From assembly GCA_050013835.1 (NCBI GenBank), contig JBEKEM010000008.1:32290-96289 (forward strand): DNA of 64,000 bases, written 5' to 3'. This stretch comes from Acidimicrobiales bacterium. Its GTDB lineage: Bacteria > Actinomycetota > Acidimicrobiia > Acidimicrobiales > Bog-793. This document shows, piece by piece, positions 28,848-36,483 of this stretch. The translations under genes and the position numbers were made by a program. Within the stretch, counting starts at the first letter, position 1; each line of letters begins with the position of its first letter. The notes beneath the pieces were generated by a model that saw nothing but the letters and a program-made list of their open reading frames with translations, searched no databases and was not told the origin of the DNA.

Positions 28848-31800
28848 CGGCCGTCACCTCGGCGAGGATCTCGGCGTCGGAGAAGCCCCCGAGCGTCATC
28901 GCCCCCGACGGGCATTCGGCGACGCAGATGCCACACCCCCGGCAGCTCTCCAGCTCGACCACGGCGTGGGTGGCCCCGTCCTCGACGAGGTGCACGGCGG
29001 ACTGGGGGCAGACGTTCTCACACACGCCACAGCCGATGCAGACCGCGGGATCGGACCAGGCGACCTCGGCGGGGGTCATCAGGAACCCGCTCGACAGCAT
29101 CGACATCACCCGGGCGGCGGCGGCCTTGGCCTGGGCGATCGTGTCCGGGATGTTCTTCGGACCCTGGGCCGTCCCGGCGAGGAAGACGCCGGCCCGCTGG
29201 GAGTCCACCGGGCGGAGCTTGGGGTGGTGCTCCTTCAGGAAGCCCGCCGCGTCCTGCTGGAGGCCCACCACCCGGGCGATCTGCGCCGTCCCCTCCGAGC
29301 CCTCGAGCCCGGCAGACAACACGACGAGGTCGAACAGCTCCTCGGACTTGCTCCCGGTCACGGTGTCCTCGAAGCGGACGCGGAGCCGCTTGTCCCGCTC
29401 CTCGATGAGCTCGCCGACGCGAGTACGCACGTAGCGCACGCCGCGGGTCGAGACCAGCCGGAAGTACTCCTCGTGCGCCTTGCCGGGGGCGCGCAGGTCG
29501 GTGTAGCCGATGGTGACCTCGCACTCCGGGTGGTCCTGCTTGATGAGTGAGGCGTGGACCGTGGCGAACAGGCAGCAGATCGCGGAGCAGTGCGTGTTGC
29601 CCCGCGAGGTCTGGTCGCGTGAGCCGACGCACTGCAGCATGAGGATCCGCTTCGGCACGGTTCCGTCCGAGGGCCGCCGCAGCTCGCCGCCGGTCGGACC
29701 CGAGGCGGAGACGAGCCGCGCCAGCTGGCTCTGGGTGATGACGTTGGCGTAGCGGCCGTAGCCGAGCGGCGGCTTGCGCCGGGCGTCGAATTCGCGGTGC
29801 CCCGTCGCGAGCACCATCGCCCCGACCGTCAGCTCCTCCTCCCACGGCTCCTGGTCGAAATCGATGGCGTGGGCGGGGCAGACCGTCTCGCAGGAACGGC
29901 ACTCCGAGCAGCCGCCGCAAGCGAGGCAGCGCCTGGCCTCGGCGACGGCGTCAGCATCGTCGTAGCCGTCGTGCACCTCGGCCCAGGAACTGCGTCGCCT
30001 TCCGCCGTCGGTGACTCGCATCGGCCGGCGCCATTCGGGCCTGCCGGTGGGGAGGGTGGTGTCCTTCACGACGGCCACCGGTCGGACCGGCTCCCAGACC
30101 TCGGCCCAGTCCTCCCCGCGTAGGTAGTTGTGGATCGCTCTCGCGGCGCGTCTGCCGGCCGCGATCGCCTCGATCGAGGTGGCGGAGGCGGCGGCGTCCC
30201 CCGCCGCGAAGACGCCTGGGCGGTCGGTCATCAGCGTCGCCCGGTCGGTCGCGATCTGGCCGTCCGCGACCCGGACACCGGAGGCGCCCGACAGGAACTC
30301 TTCGTCGATCTCCCGCTCGGCGGCGAGCACGACGTGGTCCGCTGTCAGCTCGACAATCTCGGCGTCTGGACCCCGCCGGAACCGGACGGCGTTCACGGCG
30401 TCGGCCCCCACGAGCTCGACGGGCGCGATGCCACCGACGACCTCGACCCCCTCGTCCACGGCCTCGGCGACGAGGCCGGGCCGGGCCGGCAGCTTCGCCG
30501 CGTCCTCGGCGGCGGCGACGGTCACCGACTCCGCCCCGAGCCGAAGGCAGGTGCGGGCGGCGTCGAAGGCGATGCCACCACCGCCCAGGACGACGACGTG
30601 CCGACCGACCTCGACCGGTTGGCCGAGCGCCCGGCTCCGCAACAGGTCGAGCGCCGAGACGACGCCGCGCCGGTCACTCGTGCCGAGCGGCGTCGAACCG
30701 GGACGCTGCAGCCCGACGGCGAGCAGCACCGCCTGGAAGCCGGAGGCGAGAAGCGAATCCACCGTGAAGTCGGCTCCGCATCGCTGGCCGACCTGAAGCT
30801 CGACACCGTGGGCGAGCACGCGGGCGACCTCGGCCGCGATGAGCTCCCGGGGCAGGCGGAACTCCGGGATGGCGAGGCGAAGCATCCCGCCCGCTTCCGG
30901 CTGGGCCTCGAAGACGGTGACCTGGTAGCCGAACCGGGCGAGCTCGCGCGCCGCTGTGAGTCCTGCCGGTCCTGCGCCGACGACGGCCGCCTTCTCGGCG
31001 TACACAGCCGGCGGCACCACGACGGGCGGCGCCGCCGCCACTTGGTCGGCGAGGAAGCGCCCGATGCCGGCGATGGCGACCGGCTCGTCGACCCGCCCGC
31101 GGGTGCACGCGGTCTCGCAGTCGTGGACGCAGATCCGGCCGCAGACGCTCGGGAACGGGTTCTCCCTGCTCGCCAGCTCGTACGCCTCGCCGGTCCGCCC
31201 CTGCGAGACGAGGGCGACGCACCCCTGGGCCGCCGTGTGCACGGTACAGGCCGCCGTGCACGGCGCCTGACCGCGGTAGTCGATGGCGAAACCGGCGGGG
31301 ACCGCGTTGGCGAACGGTCGGCCGATCGCCTTGCGCTTCGCCATCCCGAAATCGAAGGCACTCTCGAGCTCGACCGGGCAGGCCGCCGTGCACCGGCCAC
31401 AGGCGACGCAACGCTCGGAGACGAAGCTTGGCCGGTGGAGCACGCGCACTCGCAGCTCGCCGGGTGGCCCACTCACGGCGGTCACCTCCGACAGCGTGTG
31501 GATGTGGATGCGCGAGTCGGTGGCGGCGTTGGCGAGCCGAGGCGCCAGCGAGCACATCGCACAGTCCTCGGTCGGGAAGGTCTTGGAAAGGCGGGCCATG
31601 TAGCCGCCGAGCGACTGCTCGCGCTCCACGAGGTGCACTTCGATCCCGGCGTCGGCGAGTTCCTCCGCGGCGGACATCCCCCCGATCCCGCCACCCACGA
31701 CGACCGCCGAACGGTGCAGGAACGTCCGGGACCGCTTCAGGTCCGACTGCTGGGCCGCCCGCGCGATCGCCGCGGCGAGGATCGTCTCGGCCTTCCGCTG

Positions 31801-32133
31801 GGCCTTGGCGGGCTCGTCGCGGTGGACGAACGAGCAGCCCTCACGCAGGTTGGCGAAGGCGACCGCGTTCTCACCCAGCCGAAGCTCGCGGGCGATGCGC
31901 TCGAACGTCGGGCCCTGGACGCGGCGCGAGCAGGCGCCGATCACGACGTGGTCGAGCCCGCGCGACTGCACGGCCCGCTCGATGCGCCGCCGACCCTCGG
32001 TGCCGCACATGAACTGGCTCACCGAAACGTTGACGACGCCGGGTAGGGCGCGCCCGCCGGCGGCGAGCGACCTGAGGTCCAGGACGTCGGAGATGTTTCC
32101 CCCGCACTCGCAAAGGAACACGCCGCAGCGCGT
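28840..32133 (-). CDS. hdrA: Large HdrA (HdrL-like) with an inserted GltD-type NAD(P)H-binding flavoprotein module
   Basis: GVFLCECG, NLREGCSFVH, KTFPTEDCAMC; insert with NPFPSVCGRICVHDCE..C.R and VVGAGPAGL; LQCVGSRD. Probable start is ACG at 32133 (first canonical start is GTG at 32121). Confidence 0.9.
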   Translation of the reverse strand, partial: TRCGVFLCECGGNISDVLDLRSLAAGGRALPGVVNVSVSQFMCGTEGRRRIERAVQSRGLDHVVIGACSRRVQGPTFERIARELRLGENAVAFANLREGCSFVHRDEPAKAQRKAETILAAAIARAAQQSDLKRSRTFLHRSAVVVGGGIGGMSAAEELADAGIEVHLVEREQSLGGYMARLSKTFPTEDCAMCSLAPRLANAATDSRIHIHTLSEVTAVSGPPGELRVRVLHRPSFVSERCVACGRCTAACPVELESAFDFGMAKRKAIGRPFANAVPAGFAIDYRGQAPCTAACTVHTAAQGCVALVSQGRTGEAYELASRENPFPSVCGRICVHDCETACTRGRVDEPVAIAGIGRFLADQVAAAPPVVVPPAVYAEKAAVVGAGPAGLTAARELARFGYQVTVFEAQPEAGGMLRLAIPEFRLPRELIAAEVARVLAHGVELQVGQRCGADFTVDSLLASGFQAVLLAVGLQRPGSTPLGTSDRRGVVSALDLLRSRALGQPVEVGRHVVVLGGGGIAFDAARTCLRLGAESVTVAAAEDAAKLPARPGLVAEAVDEGVEVVGGIAPVELVGADAVNAVRFRRGPDAEIVELTADHVVLAAEREIDEEFLSGASGVRVADGQIATDRATLMTDRPGVFAAGDAAASATSIEAIAAGRRAARAIHNYLRGEDWAEVWEPVRPVAVVKDTTLPTGRPEWRRPMRVTDGGRRRSSWAEVHDGYDDADAVAEARRCLACGGCSECRSCETVCPAHAIDFDQEPWEEELTVGAMVLATGHREFDARRKPPLGYGRYANVITQSQLARLVSASGPTGGELRRPSDGTVPKRILMLQCVGSRDQTSRGNTHCSAICCLFATVHASLIKQDHPECEVTIGYTDLRAPGKAHEEYFRLVSTRGVRYVRTRVGELIEERDKRLRVRFEDTVTGSKSEELFDLVVLSAGLEGSEGTAQIARVVGLQQDAAGFLKEHHPKLRPVDSQRAGVFLAGTAQGPKNIPDTIAQAKAAAARVMSMLSSGFLMTPAEVAWSDPAVCIGCGVCENVCPQSAVHLVEDGATHAVVELESCRGCGICVAECPSGAMTLGGFSDAEILAEVTAGA

Positions 32134-32147
32134 CGGTCACTCCTTCC

Positions 32148-33110
32148 CTAGGGGGCTGTTACGTTCGCACGCGGGCGGGCGCCAACCCGCTCGAGGATCG
32201 GCTCGAGGTTCTGGGAGTGCGACTCGACCCCGCAGACCGTGTCAGGGTCCGCCCCCAGGGCGAGCGCCACGAGCTGCTGCACGTGGAGGTGAACGAAGGG
32301 GTACTCCTCCCCGGTCGCGCTGGAGATGGCGTCGTGGTAGCGGTCGAACTGGACCGAGCAGTTGGGGCACATGTGCACGAGGACGTCGATCCCCTCTTCG
32401 GCCAGGCGCTTCAGCTTCTCCCGGGTGACGGCGAGCGAGCGGGAGGGGTTGACGAAGATCTGGCGGAATCCGGCGCCGCAATGGGTCGTCTTCTCGGCGT
32501 AGTTGCCGGTCTTGATGACGCCGGTCGGCTCGAGCAGATCCTCGGGCAGCATGAAGTTCTCGCTGTCGCCGAGGACCTCGTCGGGGAAGACCTTGCAGTA
32601 GTGGCAGGCCGGGTGGGTGGCGACCTTGATGCCCGAGAGCCGGCGGCGGATGAGGTCGGGGATCTGCTTGTGCCGGCTCCAGAGGACCTCGAGGCTGTGC
32701 CGGTGCTGGATCGTGCCGGCGATGGCGTCGTCGTAACGGCGGCCGATCTTCACGAGCGTCTCGTTGGCCTGTTTGCGGTATTCGGGGACGTTGAGCACGT
32801 CGCGGGACTTCTTGTTGATGGCGTAGCAGGTCGAGCACATGTACGCCTGGACTGGGTGGTCTGCCTCGACTGCCACGCAGGCGTTGCGGGCCGCGACGGC
32901 GAGCGTGGTCTGGAACGGCATGAGGTCGGAGTAGTAGCCGAGACCGGTGCAGCAGGTCTGGTCGGTGTTGACCGTGTACTCCACGTCGAGCCGCTCAAAG
33001 AGCCACTTCGTGGAGGCCTCGACGCCCGGGTACTCCGTCGAGACGAGACAACTCCGGAAGAGCTGGACCCCACCCGTGATGGGCGCGATGTCAGGCGTGG
33101 TCTGGGGAAT
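32148..33110 (-). CDS. hdrB: Heterodisulfide reductase subunit B (two CCG domains)
   Basis: LFRSCLVSTEYPGVE, QTCCTG, CSTC, HPACHY, HCGAG, CPNCSVQFD. The frame is open upstream of the listed GTG (32984) to a probable ATT start at 33110. Confidence 0.88.
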   Translation of the reverse strand: MPQTTPDIAPITGGVQLFRSCLVSTEYPGVEASTKWLFERLDVEYTVNTDQTCCTGLGYYSDLMPFQTTLAVAARNACVAVEADHPVQAYMCSTCYAINKKSRDVLNVPEYRKQANETLVKIGRRYDDAIAGTIQHRHSLEVLWSRHKQIPDLIRRRLSGIKVATHPACHYCKVFPDEVLGDSENFMLPEDLLEPTGVIKTGNYAEKTTHCGAGFRQIFVNPSRSLAVTREKLKRLAEEGIDVLVHMCPNCSVQFDRYHDAISSATGEEYPFVHLHVQQLVALALGADPDTVCGVESHSQNLEPILERVGARPRANVTAP

Positions 33111-33115
33111 GCCCC

Positions 33116-33156
33116 TTACTAAACCAAATCAATGGAGCTTGTCAAGTTAATCACGG
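33116..33156 (-). promoter_or_regulatory. Putative hdr operon promoter: -35 TTGACA (33140-33145) overlapped by a Rex/CRP-like palindrome (33139-33156)
   Basis: AT-rich patch; plus strand TTGTCAA-GTTA-ATCACGG. The -10 element is imperfect (TTTAGT or TAGTAA). Confidence 0.55.
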
Positions 33157-33311
33157 TGACAGCAGCCGGAGGTCCAATCCACAGGGCTCTGCCAGGACTT
33201 TTACATCCGTCACGTCGTGGGCGGGACGGCGCGCTACCGCCGGTCGGGCCTTTGCGTGCACCCCGTCACAACGGGCGGAACCGGCGCGGTTCGCCCGGGG
33301 CGACCAACGGA

Positions 33312-33337
33312 CAATCCCTGCGGGCCCCCGGGCCGTA
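33312..33337 (+). promoter_or_regulatory. Putative SigK-type ECF promoter CAATCC-N15-CCGTA
   Basis: Resembles my recollection of the mycobacterial SigK consensus CCATCC-N15-CCGAA; lies upstream of the gene preceding the ECF sigma factor. Confidence 0.5.
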
Positions 33338-33382
33338 TCCCCTGCGACGGATCGGAACCGACCCGGCAAACGAGGAGACCCG

Positions 33383-33973
33383 ATGACAGGTTCCACGACA
33401 AGCATGCTGCGGGCCGAGAGGCCCTCGACCGCGGACCGCCGGCGACGCAACCTCGCCGGCTCGGCCGTGGTGGTCGCCGCGATGGTCCTCACCGTTCTCG
33501 TGACCAACGCGGGCGCCGCGCCACGGCAGTCGCCGCCCCCGCGTCCCGCGACGCGGCAGGCGCACCCGGTGATCATCGACTCGGCCAAGCACGGCTCGCT
33601 CGGCGTGATCCTTGTCACCAGTGGCCATTACACGCTCTACTACGACAAGGCCGACACGCCGAGCAAGATCGCCTGCACCGGAGGATGCACCCAGATCTGG
33701 CCGCCGATCCTGCTGCCCAAGGGCGTCAGCTCCGCCACGGCGGGACCGGGCGTGGCCCAGAAATCCCTCGGCGTCGTGCACCGGGGACCGGGCAAACTCC
33801 AGGTCACCTACGCGGGGCACCCGCTCTACCGCTTCGTGCAGGACGCCGCCCCGGGGCAGGTGAAAGGTGAGGGCGTCGGGGGCTTTTACGTCGTCAAGGC
33901 GGACTTGAAGAAGGCTTCGTCGTCGGGCGGCGGCGGCTCGACCACGACGACGCCTTACGGCCGTGGGTACTGA
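33383..33973 (+). CDS. Secreted protein, COG4315/Lipoprotein_15-like
   Basis: TLYYDK.D, C.GGC...WPP, QVTYAGHPLYRF..D..PG...GEG. Confidence 0.85.
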   Translation: MTGSTTSMLRAERPSTADRRRRNLAGSAVVVAAMVLTVLVTNAGAAPRQSPPPRPATRQAHPVIIDSAKHGSLGVILVTSGHYTLYYDKADTPSKIACTGGCTQIWPPILLPKGVSSATAGPGVAQKSLGVVHRGPGKLQVTYAGHPLYRFVQDAAPGQVKGEGVGGFYVVKADLKKASSSGGGGSTTTTPYGRGY

Positions 33974-34012
33974 GCGAACCGCCTGACGAGTCGGACGCCG
34001 CCGTAGCCTCGA

Positions 34013-34591
34013 GTGCCGATGCGGCTGCACAGCACAGACCCGGATGAGTTGTCCGACGAGGCACTGCTCGCCGGCATGGCGCACGGCGACGAGCGGGCGA
34101 CCGTCGCCTTCGTCCGCCGCTACCAGCGCCGCGTCTTCGGCCTGGCGAACTCCATGCTCGGCGACAGGGGCGCCGCCGAGGACGTCGCCCAGGAGGCCCT
34201 CACCCGGGCGTGGCGGCACGCGCAGGTCTTCGACGCCCGGCGCGGCTCGGTCGCGACGTGGGTGCTCACGATCACCCGCAACCTCGCGATCGACTCGCTC
34301 CGGGTGCGGCGATCCTTCCCGATGGAAGCCGAGGAACTGATGAACCTGCGGGAATACGACCTCGGCACGGACCCCTTCGACGCGGCGGACACGACCACCG
34401 AAGTCCGCCGCGCCCTCGCGGCCCTCTCCGCCGAGCAGCGACGCGCGGTCGTGCTCGCCCGTTTCTATGGCTTCACCGCGGCCGAAGTCGCCGACGCCGA
34501 ACAGATTCCGCTCGGAACGGCAAAGACCCGCATCCGGAGCGCGCTCTTGACGCTGCACGCCTCGCTCGCCGCCTCAGGTGAACTGCCGTGA
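34013..34591 (+). CDS. ECF RNA polymerase sigma factor (SigK-like)
   Basis: AEDVAQE, FDARRGSVATWVLTITRNLAID, IPLGTAKTRIR. Confidence 0.9.
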   Translation: MPMRLHSTDPDELSDEALLAGMAHGDERATVAFVRRYQRRVFGLANSMLGDRGAAEDVAQEALTRAWRHAQVFDARRGSVATWVLTITRNLAIDSLRVRRSFPMEAEELMNLREYDLGTDPFDAADTTTEVRRALAALSAEQRRAVVLARFYGFTAAEVADAEQIPLGTAKTRIRSALLTLHASLAASGELP

Positions 34592-35244
34592 CCGAACCCC
34601 GCCCCGACTGCGACCGTTTCGCCGACGACCTCGTCGCCCTCGCCCTCGGGACGGTCAATGGTCGGTCCCGGGCGGCCGTGATCGCCCACGTCGGAACCTG
34701 CCCGCGCTGCTCGGCCGAACTCGATTCCCTCTCCGGGGCCACGGACCGGCTGCTGGAGCTCGTCCCCGATGAGGAGCCTCCCCTCGGTTTCGAGGTCCGG
34801 GTTCTCAACCGGATCCACGCGGCGCGACATGCCCGGTTGGCGGCCTGGCGGCGCCGCACGGCGGTCCTCGTCGCCGCCGCCGCTCTCGTGGCCGGCGTCG
34901 CCGGCTACCTCGCCGGACACGGGCTCGGATCCTCACCCCCGGGCGGACCGGCGACCGCGATCACCGCGGTCCTGCGCACGGCCACGCACGCCGTCGGCGA
35001 AATACGCGTGCCGTCGGGTGGGACCCCGCGGCTCGTCGTGAGCATCGCCGGCCTCGGCACGAGCGGCCCGGTGACCTGCCGCATCACCGACACCACCGGC
35101 CGGACCCGGACGATCGGCGTCTTCTGGCTCGTCGACGGCTCGGGGTCGTGGACAGCTCGGCTCCCCTTCCCGACGGCGCACCTGCGCGGCGCCACGATCA
35201 GCGCGCCGAACGGCGAGGTGCTCGCGCGGGCCTCGATCAGCTAG
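34588..35244 (+). CDS. Anti-sigma factor (HxxxCxxC zinc-finger plus TM helix)
   Basis: HVGTCPRC; TM segment; GTGA overlap with the sigma gene. Confidence 0.85.
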   Translation: MTEPRPDCDRFADDLVALALGTVNGRSRAAVIAHVGTCPRCSAELDSLSGATDRLLELVPDEEPPLGFEVRVLNRIHAARHARLAAWRRRTAVLVAAAALVAGVAGYLAGHGLGSSPPGGPATAITAVLRTATHAVGEIRVPSGGTPRLVVSIAGLGTSGPVTCRITDTTGRTRTIGVFWLVDGSGSWTARLPFPTAHLRGATISAPNGEVLARASIS

Positions 35245-35631
35245 CTCCGGACGCCGGAGGCGGACCTGAGCTTGTAATCGAACGGAGTCGCTGCGGAGGG
35301 GTCGCCCTCGCTTTCGACTCCCTTCCCCCACTCCCGAACCGTCGTTCGGGGTGTCGGCGGGCGCGTGGGTCACGGTGTTCGGTGTGCCAGATCTCGGCCA
35401 CTCCTGACCGGCATATCGCATCGCCAGCAAACCGAGAGCAACGACGCATCTTGGGACGGAGCCGACCGTCGGCAGGCGTTAGCAACGATCAGTTCCAGTT
35501 CCAGCTGGAACTGGCCGGCTTCCGTACGGGGTACGGGGCACCCCTGCCCCAGACGTCCTCTCTGGGCCGCCCGAATTCCCCTCGACCGCGGGACGAACTA
35601 CCGACAGGCGCAGGCTGCTTCGGTCAGTTGT

Positions 35632-36186
35632 CTATGACACGCCGGAGACACGGTCGCTGGTGAACTGAGCCGGCCCGGATCCGGCGGAGACGAGCTCCAC
35701 GTAGAAGGTGGTCGCGCCCGGCACGCGCGGCACGGTCGCGGACGCGTGGCCACGACCGGTCGAGCCGGTGGTGAAGGTGCCGCCGTTGGGTCCACTTTGC
35801 GGGCACGATCCGGGTACCTGCTGCATGAGCACCGAGTACTTCGTGTTCGGGGCCCCTGCCTGCAGGTGGATCTCGGCCTGGAACGAACTGGTCGTGAGCT
35901 TCAGCACCACGAACCCGACCGGGGTAGCCGCCTCGCTGGTGTTGGTGGTGCAGTCCCCTGCGGCTGGACTGTTCGTCCCGAGCGCCTCCTTGTAACCGCC
36001 GCCCGGAACGGTGACCGTCGTCATGGGAGAGGAGGTGGACGTGGGCGCGACCGGTCTGGGCGCGGACGTGGACGGTTCCGTCTCGGGGCCGCTCGAACAG
36101 GCCGCCACGAAGACCAAGCTGGCCACCAGCACGACGGAGGCCGTGGCCACGGAACGACGCGCCGACTTGACTCCCATTTGGGTCAT
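35632..36186 (-). CDS. Hypothetical lipoprotein
   Basis: Lipobox VAAC, S/T/P-rich linker, beta-rich domain with two Cys. Start at 36186 or 36177. Confidence 0.7.
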   Translation of the reverse strand: MTQMGVKSARRSVATASVVLVASLVFVAACSSGPETEPSTSAPRPVAPTSTSSPMTTVTVPGGGYKEALGTNSPAAGDCTTNTSEAATPVGFVVLKLTTSSFQAEIHLQAGAPNTKYSVLMQQVPGSCPQSGPNGGTFTTGSTGRGHASATVPRVPGATTFYVELVSAGSGPAQFTSDRVSGVS

Positions 36187-36483
36187 CCTCTGCGGCAGGG
36201 ACGTCGCTGACGAGGGTCTATGGTCACATTCTGGCCACAGGGAACGGACAAGAAGGTTTCGCGCGCTTCGACGCGGCCGGGGCCAGCTCGCAGCGCTCCT
36301 GCGGTCGACCGGCGACCTGAGGGGCCGGTACCGCCATCGTCGGTCGAACGCCAAGCGGGCGGCCCACTCACCGGGGTTGACTGGCTCGCCGCGACGGCGA
36401 TTGTCATCGCGCACTGAACACCGTCCCGAAGCGGTCGCGGCACACGCGTAATCGGCGATCTGGACGACCGGTCGCCGGACCCT

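Noticed and set aside
23728-33110. Selenocysteine recoding in the Hdr/MvhD subunits
   Set aside because: The frames are uninterrupted and the relevant motif positions are Cys; no in-frame TGA at Cys positions
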